Position numbers and translations under genes: made by a program | Sequence record: MW460245.1 | DNA: 64,000 nucleotides | Strand: one strand, 5' to 3' | Part shown: one piece after another, positions 34,136 through 42,254 of the stretch | Layout: each line of letters starts with the position of its first letter | How positions within the stretch are numbered: position 1 is the first letter of the stretch | Notes under the pieces: generated by a model | Told to the model about the DNA's origin: nothing | The model's input: the letters and a program-made list of their open reading frames with translations, nothing else | Database searches by the model: none

Positions 34136-34611
34136 GCGAAGTCGAACGTAAGGTCGGCTACTGGGCTCCTACGTGGGAGCCTCGCTACGAATTCGAAAAG
34201 AAGATATATGCAGGTCTGTCCATGCCGGTACCTGCCGATGGCTATCTCGGTAGCGAAGAGCACCGTCGCTTCTGCAAGCTGTTGGGCATGATGGAGATGG
34301 AGGTCTACAAGTATGCCCTCGCGCATTTGGAGAACAGGAACTACCGACTCCAGCAGATGATGGAGCGACCGTCGCATGCGCAAATGGCGATCTCGGAGGA
34401 CACACCGAAGGCTGAGATTCACCAATACCGAGGTTCTTCTGATTGCCGGTGCTGCCGTCAACGCAACGGTTCACGAGAGTACGTCTTTCGTTTCGAAGGC
34501 ATCAAGTGGGTGTGGCCGGAAGGCTATCGGCACTACATCGAGGAGCACGGCGTGGAGCCTGATGCCAGTTTCCGCCTCATGATCTACGCGTACTTCGGAA
34601 TCACGCCATGA
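34132..34611 (+). CDS. conserved-type phage protein
   Basis: CRCC..RNGSREY...WVWPEGYRHYIEEHGV.P motif. Confidence 0.8.
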   Translation: MSEVERKVGYWAPTWEPRYEFEKKIYAGLSMPVPADGYLGSEEHRRFCKLLGMMEMEVYKYALAHLENRNYRLQQMMERPSHAQMAISEDTPKAEIHQYRGSSDCRCCRQRNGSREYVFRFEGIKWVWPEGYRHYIEEHGVEPDASFRLMIYAYFGITP

Positions 34612-34859
34612 CCAAGAAGGCAGAAACGATCCGTATTCCCTCAGCCCTGAAGTGCATCAACTGCCACAAGCCTGCAGGTGAGCACCAGTCCCAAACGCTA
34701 CATTGCCCTCAAGGGTTGAAAGGCCGAATAGGCTACACTCGGTTCTCAACAACGGTTCGCTTTGCTCCCGTCCTGCCTCACCTTCCAAAGTCTCTGAAGG
34801 AAGCCATCGACAAGGTACGGAGGGCTTCCGAGGCTTCGGTGCGGGCTGTCTACTGCTAG
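34608..34859 (+). CDS. small Cys/His protein; frame stays open after its TAG to 35033
   Basis: CINCHKPAGEH...C; in-frame continuation TDLQYERDLDTLAN...TTPTA*. Confidence 0.65.
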   Translation: MTKKAETIRIPSALKCINCHKPAGEHQSQTLHCPQGLKGRIGYTRFSTTVRFAPVLPHLPKSLKEAIDKVRRASEASVRAVYC

Positions 34860-34977
34860 ACGGACCTGCAATATGAGCGTGACCTCGACACGCTGGCCAA
34901 TATGGCAGTGTACGATCTGGCGCTGGAGGTGAAGAGGCTGAATGACGAGAACAAGAGGCTGAGAAAGGAGGCACGAA

Positions 34978-35322
34978 GTGAACGAGACAAATCCATCGAA
35001 GCCCTCATTCGAAAGACCACCCCGACCGCATAGGTCGATTTTCGATGGTGACGGCAGGCGCACAATCCGCCCGGTAAACGTGCCTGCCAATACCATTCCG
35101 ATTCCAGTAAATAGGTCTGTGGCCCGAGGCATCATCCGAAAGCTTCACACTTTGGATGGCGTCTCGTACCATGGGCGTAATGGCGCCACGGCTTGGGTCG
35201 TGGCGACCTATTGCAAGGAAGAGCAGTTGAACTGCTCGATCGAGTTTGGCGGCGCTATGTGCGTCATCAAGGTGGAGCTTAGGAGCAATGACAGCAGCAG
35301 AACTGACCGAGAACGAACGTGA
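34978..35322 (+). CDS. hypothetical phage protein
   Basis: AAGGAGG RBS before GTG; contains an internal CAGTAAATAG at 35105-35114. Confidence 0.55.
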   Translation: MNETNPSKPSFERPPRPHRSIFDGDGRRTIRPVNVPANTIPIPVNRSVARGIIRKLHTLDGVSYHGRNGATAWVVATYCKEEQLNCSIEFGGAMCVIKVELRSNDSSRTDRERT

Positions 35323-35443
35323 GGCTTGTGCCAAGTCTGACCTCATCGTTCTCGTGTCCTACATCTCGACGAAGTACGACATCCCTGTGGATCGTTCAAT
35401 CGCCCTCTTAGAGCAAGTCACTGACGCGCTCAAGGCCCGCTAA
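35288..35443 (+). CDS. small hypothetical protein
   Basis: AGGAG RBS. Confidence 0.65.
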   Translation: MTAAELTENEREACAKSDLIVLVSYISTKYDIPVDRSIALLEQVTDALKAR

Positions 35444-35469
35444 TCTAAAACCAACTATAAGGAACAAAG

Positions 35470-36903
35470 ATGGATGAGCTGATACCCAAGAGTAAGGTGG
35501 ACTTCTGGGTCAAACACTCGCAAAACGTGATGCTTATCGGTAAGCATGGTATCGGTAAGACGCACATCATCATGCAGGCTGCGAAGGACCATGGCCTGAA
35601 ACTCAAATACTTCTCGTGTGCAACCCTCGACCCCTGGGTTGACTTCATCGGCATTCCGAAGGAACGGACGATGAAGAAGGGAGACAAGAAGATTGCCTAC
35701 CTGGACCTGATCCGTCCGAAGGACTTTGCGCTGGATCGTGTGGAGTTCATCTTCCTGGACGAGTTGAACCGTGCTGATCCGAAGGTGCTGAACGCCGTTC
35801 TGGAGCTTGTGCAATTCCGCTCTATCAACGGTAAGAAGTTCAAGAACCTCAAGATGATCTGGGCTGCGATCAATCCTCCGGCATCGGAGACTGGTGGCAC
35901 GATCTACCAAGTGCAGGAGCTTGACCCTGCTCTCATGTCGCGGTTCCCGGTCAAGATGTATCTGCCGTTCGATATCTCGCGCTCGTACATGCGTGGTAAA
36001 TACGGCGCGCAGATTGCTAACGCAGTGTGTGGGTGGTGGAAGGGGTTGGCTGAACAGGTGAAGGATGACTTCCCGCCGCGTTCGGTCGACTACGCACTCG
36101 ACTACCTCAAGATGGGCGGAGATGTTGACGACTGCCTTCCCTCTTCGGTTTCGAAGTCCCAATTCCTTCAAGTCGTAGGTGGGACGTATGACGCTGAGGA
36201 AGAGGAAGACCTGGTCACTGCGGGGTTGGTTTCAAACAGCGGGGCGCAGGACGTCACTCGCAACGATCTGAATGAACTTTGCAGCACGGCATCGAAGCGG
36301 CGTGCAGGCCAGCTCATCATAGCAATACGAAGGCTGGCAGCGGACGATCTCATCTCGTTGTACCGCGCGTTGAGTGATCCGTATACAGCTTCGACAGCGA
36401 ATCCGATTCGCGCACTCTTGGCATCGCTGAATCCGGCGCAGATGAACATGATCACCACGAACGTGGCGAACGGTACTCTGAAGGCGCCGCTGCCCCAGTT
36501 GAAGACGCCTGCGAAGGCAGTGAGTCATTTCAGCAACATCTACCCGTCGACCATCATCGATGAGACGGCCGACGACATCATCCGCTCCTTCCGTAGTGGC
36601 AAGACGAAGAGCAGCAAGCGACTCCTTGATGACGAGGAAGACCTTGAAGATGAGGATGAAGGCGAAGAAGATCCTGATGTCGTGAAGGCTTCCAAGATTG
36701 TTAAGGGCATGAAGCTCAAGAACGGTAAGGTTATTGGTGCAAAGGTCAAAGCGTATAAGAAGGCTGTGAAGTCTGCGGCTGACCTGAAGCGCGAGATGGC
36801 TCTTGCCGATCAGGAGATCGATGAGAAGTTTGCGAAGGCTCGTAAGTCTAGCTTCAAGTCCAAAATGGAAGCAGCCGCTATTGACGGATGGTTTGACGAC
36901 TGA
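35470..36903 (+). CDS. MoxR/CobS-like AAA+ ATPase
   Basis: Walker A GKHGIGKT, Walker B FIFLDELNRA, AAINP, LDPALMSRF; extended acidic/basic C-terminus. Confidence 0.9.
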   Translation: MDELIPKSKVDFWVKHSQNVMLIGKHGIGKTHIIMQAAKDHGLKLKYFSCATLDPWVDFIGIPKERTMKKGDKKIAYLDLIRPKDFALDRVEFIFLDELNRADPKVLNAVLELVQFRSINGKKFKNLKMIWAAINPPASETGGTIYQVQELDPALMSRFPVKMYLPFDISRSYMRGKYGAQIANAVCGWWKGLAEQVKDDFPPRSVDYALDYLKMGGDVDDCLPSSVSKSQFLQVVGGTYDAEEEEDLVTAGLVSNSGAQDVTRNDLNELCSTASKRRAGQLIIAIRRLAADDLISLYRALSDPYTASTANPIRALLASLNPAQMNMITTNVANGTLKAPLPQLKTPAKAVSHFSNIYPSTIIDETADDIIRSFRSGKTKSSKRLLDDEEDLEDEDEGEEDPDVVKASKIVKGMKLKNGKVIGAKVKAYKKAVKSAADLKREMALADQEIDEKFAKARKSSFKSKMEAAAIDGWFDD

Positions 36904-36905
36904 CC

Positions 36906-38714
36906 ATGGCAAAAGATCCGAAGTCCAAACAAGACAAGCGGATGGAGAAGCGGCATAAGCAGTTCGCCGCTCTCAAAGATGAGATCCGCAAGCTGAGTAC
37001 GCAGTATTGGTCCGTGTTCGCGAACGCTACGATAGGTTTCAGTTCGAAGAAGTTTACGAGCAAGAGTGGACATAAAACGGAAGGATCGTATTTGACGGCG
37101 AAAAACCGTGCGTTCCACTTCGTGTTCGAGCCCTCGCTGTGGGACAAGCTGAATGCCCAGGAGCGCGTGTTCGAGATGCTGCACCTCGTCACGCACCAGC
37201 TCAACGGTCACTTCAAACGGTTCAAGAATCCGAGCGGTGAGCTTGAATCGAAGGCGATGGACTTGGCCACCAATCACCTCCTGATGTCGAAATTCAGCTT
37301 CGACCTGGAGAACATGCCTTACGTGAAGGAGAAAGAGCAGTTCGTCTGGAACGTTCAGCCTGAAGGTATGCAGCCGAACCTGAGCGCTGAGGAGTACATG
37401 TTCGCTTTGAAGGCGCACCAGCAGCAACAGGAGAAGCTGAAACAGGAGCAAGACGATGAGGATCAGGAAGATGACGAAGGCGAGAGCGGAGACTCTGACA
37501 ACTCCGAAGAAGGGGATGGCGATGAAGCTCCTCCCTCATCAGGAGGCGGTTCTCAAGAGTCTGAGGAAGATGAAGACGGTGACGATACCGACAGTTCCTC
37601 CGGATCGGATGAGTCGGATGAGTCCGATGGATCTGATGATTCAGAGGATAATGATCGAGGAGGATCTGGGTCTGACGCTGACGAAGCCGATGAGCCTGAA
37701 AATGGAGACGACGAAGATTCCTCCTCTGACGGAGAGTCAGATGAAGAGGAGGCCGAAGATGCTGACGGGGACTCCGACTCAACTGATGAATCATCCGATG
37801 GTTCCGAAGACGGGGAAGACGATCCTGACTCTGATGCAGATGGAGAGGACGAATCCGAATCAGACGGTGAGCCTGATGATGCCGAGTCAGACGACGGAGA
37901 AGAATCCGATGGAAGCGAAGGTGATCCTGACGACGATGACGAACCTGCCGAAGGCTACGACGACCACGACCGATCAGTAATCGATCCTGAGGATCTTCAG
38001 GAGATTCTGGACGATGCGAAGGAGATTCTTGCTGAGGAAGAGGACTTATCCGATGACGAAGCAGAAGACCAGCTGAAGGACGCAGCGACCAACGATCCTC
38101 CGAAGAGCAAAATGCATCAAGCAGGTCTTGGTGCTGACAGCGGCTTCTCGAAGGACGGTGGCAACCTGAAGTATAGGGACAGCGCATGGCGTTCGTTCAG
38201 TCTCAAGCTGCTGAAGGGCATTCTGGACGCACATGGCAAGACCTCATGGCTGCCGAACAAGCGATTCGCCTCGATCCAGAGGTCGTTCGGACCTAAGGTG
38301 TTCCTGCCATCCTCGCTTGCTCCTGCGAAGCGGAAGATCAAGGTCGTCGTGTTCCTCGACACGTCTGGTAGCTGCTGGATGTTGCGTCCATACTTCTTTG
38401 GTTTGTTGAAGGCGATTCCGACTGACCTGTTCGATATCAGCACCTACGTGTTCACTACGACGGTGAAGCCCTTCGATATCAACAATCCCATCTTCCCTGC
38501 CGGCGGTACGTCATACGTTGAGCTGGAGTCGTATTTCGAGAAGGAGAGGGAGGAGATCACCTACGCGTTCGTGTTCAGCGATGGGGACATCATCGGGAAG
38601 TTCCTGCCGAAGAATCCTCAGGCGTGGCATTTCTTCATGGACCCGAACAACATGGATACGAGCCACCTGCACCCTGCGATCAAGGTGCATTCGATCGAAC
38701 CGTTCATCAAGTAG
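36906..38714 (+). CDS. VWA (DUF2201/CobT-like) partner protein with long acidic linker
   Basis: N-terminal peptidase-like domain (FEMLH, N.A.D..IN-like region), about 200-aa D/E/S/G linker, MIDAS DTSGS, SDGD. Confidence 0.85.
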   Translation: MAKDPKSKQDKRMEKRHKQFAALKDEIRKLSTQYWSVFANATIGFSSKKFTSKSGHKTEGSYLTAKNRAFHFVFEPSLWDKLNAQERVFEMLHLVTHQLNGHFKRFKNPSGELESKAMDLATNHLLMSKFSFDLENMPYVKEKEQFVWNVQPEGMQPNLSAEEYMFALKAHQQQQEKLKQEQDDEDQEDDEGESGDSDNSEEGDGDEAPPSSGGGSQESEEDEDGDDTDSSSGSDESDESDGSDDSEDNDRGGSGSDADEADEPENGDDEDSSSDGESDEEEAEDADGDSDSTDESSDGSEDGEDDPDSDADGEDESESDGEPDDAESDDGEESDGSEGDPDDDDEPAEGYDDHDRSVIDPEDLQEILDDAKEILAEEEDLSDDEAEDQLKDAATNDPPKSKMHQAGLGADSGFSKDGGNLKYRDSAWRSFSLKLLKGILDAHGKTSWLPNKRFASIQRSFGPKVFLPSSLAPAKRKIKVVVFLDTSGSCWMLRPYFFGLLKAIPTDLFDISTYVFTTTVKPFDINNPIFPAGGTSYVELESYFEKEREEITYAFVFSDGDIIGKFLPKNPQAWHFFMDPNNMDTSHLHPAIKVHSIEPFIK

Positions 38715-38727
38715 ACGACGCTGAGGG

Positions 38728-38795
38728 CTGCTGTTGCGTAAAAACAACAGCAGTCCAACAACAGGTTGCGCTGCGCCCCAGATCGCGTTTAGACT
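38728..38795 (+). promoter_or_regulatory. early promoter module with upstream palindrome
   Basis: CTGCTGTTG-CGTAAAAA-CAACAGCAG 38728-38753; TTGCGC 38766-38771, 18 bp, TAGACT 38790-38795. Confidence 0.7.
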
Positions 38796-38854
38796 GAGCT
38801 TGTTGTCACGATGACAACGTGGCAGCACTGTTCTTTTACAACTGGAGAAGCAAC

Positions 38855-39142
38855 ATGGCAAAGCAAGACCTGCGCGTCAACGATCATGGTATCGACGTTC
38901 GCGACCTGAAGCCCGGCATGTGGATCACGGTGTGGTGGTACGGCAAAGGTGACGAGCGCATCTACGACCGTTGTCTGCTGCTCGAGGTTGAGGAGAAGCC
39001 GCACAACTTCAAGGGCGTGCGTGACATCACCGTGTTCGTTCGCGAGAAGAAGGGGCTGTGCATCAATCGATTCGCGCAGCACGATCAGGTGGTCGAGATT
39101 CACGGCATGCTGAGCACGGACAGCGTACCGCTGTCGCAGTAA
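38855..39142 (+). CDS. hypothetical protein, SH3/KOW-like
   Basis: GGAG RBS; VRDLKPGMWITV pattern. Confidence 0.75.
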   Translation: MAKQDLRVNDHGIDVRDLKPGMWITVWWYGKGDERIYDRCLLLEVEEKPHNFKGVRDITVFVREKKGLCINRFAQHDQVVEIHGMLSTDSVPLSQ

Positions 39143-39632
39143 CGAAGGGGTGCCCTATGGGGCACCTTCTTTCACATCATCGAGGATCGACCATGTGGTT
39201 TCATGTCACTGATAAAGACTACGGGCCGGCAGTGAAGTTCTCGCCGCGCGTGCCGACTGACAAGCTCCCGCCCTGGGAGGATAAGACTACACCTCGTATA
39301 TGCTTCTCGCCGTCTATCGAAAAAGCGTTGATGGGTTGCATGGGCGTCGGCTGCCCTATCGAAGGCGTTCATGACCTGTCCTACTACAGCAAGCGAGAAG
39401 GACATCGCAGGACGTCGCACCATCATCCGTATGTGTACGTGTACGCTATCTCAGACAGGCACGATGTAGTCACGCCTACCAAGGCGCAAGTGCGCGACGT
39501 GGAAACCAGCGGTGAGGTGTGGCGCGTTCGACCTACGACACTTCGCAAGTTCGGTCGTATTGACGTGATGCGGTCGCTGGCAGAAAAGGTCGTAGTCGTC
39601 GACTGACGAAGGGGTGCCCTACGGGGCACCTT
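39142..39632 (+). repeat. 27-bp direct repeats (terminator hairpins) flanking one gene
   Basis: ACGAAGGGGTGCCCTA(T/C)GGGGCACCTT at 39142-39168 and 39606-39632, one mismatch in the loop. Confidence 0.9.
39193..39606 (+). CDS. candidate ADP-ribosyltransferase-fold protein
   Basis: WFHVT (His), PRICFSPS (SxS), YVYVY strand and GEVW (Glu) spaced as in small ART domains. Confidence 0.5.
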   Translation: MWFHVTDKDYGPAVKFSPRVPTDKLPPWEDKTTPRICFSPSIEKALMGCMGVGCPIEGVHDLSYYSKREGHRRTSHHHPYVYVYAISDRHDVVTPTKAQVRDVETSGEVWRVRPTTLRKFGRIDVMRSLAEKVVVVD

Positions 39633-39681
39633 TTCCCATATCTGGGCCGCTTTGTACTGTCTAGTACACGGCTGAAATCGA

Positions 39682-39799
39682 CTGTTGTATTTTCGCAACA
39701 CTGCGGAACAGCGGTGACACAGCACGTTTTGACGTGTTGTTTTTCTGCAACACTGCTGCGAGACACAGGTTGGCGTGGGGTTAGGCTTCATGCTAAAAT
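39682..39799 (+). promoter_or_regulatory. early promoter module with two upstream palindromes
   Basis: CTGTTG-TATTTTCG-CAACAC 39682-39701; GTGTTG-TTTTTCTG-CAACAC 39734-39753; TTGGCG 39770-39775, 18 bp, TG-C-TAAAAT 39794-39799. Confidence 0.8.
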
Positions 39800-39851
39800 G
39801 ACAGTAAGGCGCAGCATTTCGGCGGCGCCATCACGAAGAAAGGTGAATGAC

Positions 39852-40355
39852 ATGGCATACGCAGACAAGGCAACGAAGGCATCGGTTCGCAAGTTCGTGG
39901 CAGCGCTGGGGCTGACGGCTCCGGAACGCAGCAACGCGAAGGGCGGCGTGAAGTCGGCAGAATGCTTCCTCGATGACAACGCGACGCAAGCGAAGCGCGC
40001 GCTGCTGGAAGCTGGTTTCAAGCGCGTCGGCGGCGCGTTCTACTGCGCGCAAGGCGTCGTGACCGTTGAAGAAGGCGAGTACGGCGGCGCGATCCTGAAT
40101 TTTGGCCACAACACTGAATACCGTGCGTCGTCGCGCAAGTCGGCACCGAAGCAGAAGGCAGCACGTAAGACTCGCGTGACGAAGCCGCGCGCCAAGAAGG
40201 TGAAGGTCGACACCTCGCTGAAGTCGAGCGCGACGCCGAAGCAAGCCGCACGCAACGTCGCCGTGAAAAAGGCTGTCGTGAAAGCGGCAGACGCCGGCAA
40301 CAAGTTCAAGGCGAAGCCGAGCAAGCAACACGACCTGTCGGCATTCGACTTCTAA
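39852..40355 (+). CDS. early protein with histone H1-like Lys/Ala-rich tail
   Basis: Globular N-half then KSAPKQKAARKTRVTKPRAKK...; ends QHDLSAFDF. Confidence 0.8.
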   Translation: MAYADKATKASVRKFVAALGLTAPERSNAKGGVKSAECFLDDNATQAKRALLEAGFKRVGGAFYCAQGVVTVEEGEYGGAILNFGHNTEYRASSRKSAPKQKAARKTRVTKPRAKKVKVDTSLKSSATPKQAARNVAVKKAVVKAADAGNKFKAKPSKQHDLSAFDF

Positions 40356-40411
40356 GCAACAGACAGCACAATCCTTCCCAAGTTTTCCATCATCAAAGAA
40401 AAGGTGACACC

Positions 40412-40714
40412 ATGACGAAGCTCCTCTCCCAAGTTCAAGCGCAACACATCGCATCGGCACTGACGACCCTCAACAACGTTGCGATCCCGTACTTCCGCAC
40501 GGCATTCACGAAGAAAGTCGGCAATGACGTGACGGTGATCGTGTTCGAATGGATCGAAGCCCGTGAAACGCAAGTCTCGATCTACGAATGCACGACCGAT
40601 CAGGCTTCGAACCTGCTGCTGGCGAAGCGCGGCTACAAGTTCAACGACTTGGACTGCGAGGCATACGAAGGGCACGCAGATCAGAACGCATTCCTCGAAG
40701 CGTACGGTGTCTAA
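40412..40714 (+). CDS. hypothetical early protein
   Basis: AAAGAAAAGGTGAC leader variant. Confidence 0.8.
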   Translation: MTKLLSQVQAQHIASALTTLNNVAIPYFRTAFTKKVGNDVTVIVFEWIEARETQVSIYECTTDQASNLLLAKRGYKFNDLDCEAYEGHADQNAFLEAYGV

Positions 40715-40756
40715 GCAGTCATCGGTCTCAACTTCTCAACGAACGGAACACTCATC

Positions 40757-40873
40757 ATGAAAACGATCACCTTCATCCAGAAAGTCCTCGACACGAAGAT
40801 CGGCGCAACGCTCGGTACGATGGCGTTCGGTGCAGCGCTGGCTTGGGGCTTTGTGTACGGCTGGGCAGCGTAA
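40757..40873 (+). CDS. 38-aa single-TM protein (not in ORF track)
   Basis: MKTITFIQKVLDTKIGATLGTMAFGAALAWGFVYGWAA*. Confidence 0.65.
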   Translation: MKTITFIQKVLDTKIGATLGTMAFGAALAWGFVYGWAA

Positions 40874-40889
40874 CGCGCGCAAGACTTCA

Positions 40890-40906
40890 GGGGCTTCGGC
40901 CCCTTT
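40890..40906 (+). terminator. rho-independent terminator
   Basis: GGGGC-TTCG-GCCCC-TTT. Confidence 0.75.
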
Positions 40907-40926
40907 CACAACTTCAGGAGATAGGC

Positions 40927-41217
40927 ATGCTTCAATCGAAACGACTTGGCAGCAAGGAGCGGTTCCAATTCATTCTGCAACGCGTCGAAGACATTCTGGC
41001 GCATCATGCGGCAGAGCCTGTCATTCGACTGGTCTTCAACCGCGAAGCTGACGACAACTGGATGGTATTCGATTACAACATGTTCAGGGGCGGTGATCAG
41101 GTCGTCATCTACACGACGCACGAACCTGGCAATCCGCACCTCACGAACAGCAGTCGGTCAGTGACATACGCAACGATCCACGACTTCACGCAAGCTGTCG
41201 ACCGGATGGTTGGCTAA
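40927..41217 (+). CDS. hypothetical phage protein
   Basis: AGGAG RBS. Confidence 0.75.
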   Translation: MLQSKRLGSKERFQFILQRVEDILAHHAAEPVIRLVFNREADDNWMVFDYNMFRGGDQVVIYTTHEPGNPHLTNSSRSVTYATIHDFTQAVDRMVG

Positions 41218-41255
41218 GTATCAGTTTCAACGTCATCAAAGAACAGGTGAACATC

Positions 41256-41510
41256 ATGGCAAAGAGCAAGTACACGACCATCGCAATCTCGATTCAGCAA
41301 GCAAAGTTGGTGTTGAAGGGCCTCACGCTGTCCGGTCTCGGTATCGATGAGCGTGTTCACGAGAAGGCGCAACTTCACGTGGCGTTGCGTGAGGCAGTGA
41401 ACGCGTTCAACCCGCTCAAGCATGGTGGCATCAACCTCAAGGTCACGGCGGCTCATCAAAAGCTGATGGCGCACGCCAACATTCTCGCGCAACGCGCAGA
41501 GGCGGCATGA
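41256..41510 (+). CDS. hypothetical phage protein
   Basis: Leader variant TTTCAACGTCATCAAAGAACAGGTGAACATCATG. Confidence 0.75.
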   Translation: MAKSKYTTIAISIQQAKLVLKGLTLSGLGIDERVHEKAQLHVALREAVNAFNPLKHGGINLKVTAAHQKLMAHANILAQRAEAA

Positions 41511-41965
41511 CGAAAACGGAACTGATGGCGTTGATTGCAGCGTCGAACGACGGCATGCACGAGTCGTTCGAGCATGAGACGTCAGGCATCTTCGATATTA
41601 CAGAGATGCGCGCGTGGGCCAAGACGAACTTGGAGCCTGTGGCTGTTGAGATAGCGCAGGTACTTCCTGCATTACTGGAGTGCAGGTACTACGACACGCA
41701 GCGCGTGCTGGAGCTTAGTGCCGACAGCTGGCAGAATGATCCGGGACTCGTCGTGCAGTATGACGACGGTTCGCATCTTGTCATCGACGGCATTCATCGC
41801 ACGATCCGCCGAGCTATGGCAGGCGAGACGTTGATGCCGATGTACTTAGTGCCGGAGGCGCACATCATTCGTCCCGATGACAGCGAATGGGGGCGTGGTG
41901 AAGAGATCGGCATTGCCTGGGGCGATCATCCTAGCCCTTTGACAACGAAAAACGGAGCAGCATAA
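41507..41965 (+). CDS. ParB N-terminal-like (ParB/Srx) domain protein
   Basis: P.LVVQY...HLVIDGIHR...AG motif. Confidence 0.7.
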   Translation: MTKTELMALIAASNDGMHESFEHETSGIFDITEMRAWAKTNLEPVAVEIAQVLPALLECRYYDTQRVLELSADSWQNDPGLVVQYDDGSHLVIDGIHRTIRRAMAGETLMPMYLVPEAHIIRPDDSEWGRGEEIGIAWGDHPSPLTTKNGAA

Positions 41966-42252
41966 TGGAACTTCATGAACTGGTAATGACGGCAGCGGAC
42001 GCACGCGCCAAACTCGACGCACCGTCGCTCTATACGACGGAGAACGTGGTCAACACACTGCGGCACGTCAACCTCGAGATCGAGGCTGCTGCAAAGACGA
42101 AACATTGGGTGCAGGTGTCGCTACAGGTTCTGACCGCTGTAAACCGCGGTACAGTACATGACGTGGTCAGCATTCTTCGGGCGCGTGGCTATTCGGTTGG
42201 TACGGTGAGCTGCGCGGAGACTTCCCTTCTTCTTGACATCCGCTGGGGTTAA
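41965..42252 (+). CDS. hypothetical protein, W-terminated paralog family
   Basis: MTAADAR...VVSILRARGYSV...LDIRWG. Confidence 0.75.
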   Translation: MELHELVMTAADARAKLDAPSLYTTENVVNTLRHVNLEIEAAAKTKHWVQVSLQVLTAVNRGTVHDVVSILRARGYSVGTVSCAETSLLLDIRWG

Positions 42253-42254
42253 AC

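Noticed and set aside
34857-34859. Genome-wide TAG reassignment (alternative genetic code)
   Set aside because: Other TAG codons (5035, 7326, 22049, 30362, 38712) end genes cleanly before intergenic signals, and long genes are not fragmented under the standard code.
37450-38080. Acidic low-complexity tract as a DNA tandem repeat or mobile insertion
   Set aside because: There is no fixed nucleotide repeat unit; synonymous codons vary, consistent with a protein-level D/E/S/G linker.
2721-39753. TGTTG-N8-CAACA palindromes as a CRISPR array, LexA SOS boxes or transposon/LTR ends
   Set aside because: They are not regularly spaced with unique spacers and there are no cas genes. The LexA box is CTGT-N8-ACAG, whereas these are at best CTGT-N12-ACAG. 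There is no transposase or target-site duplication, and the positions track promoters.
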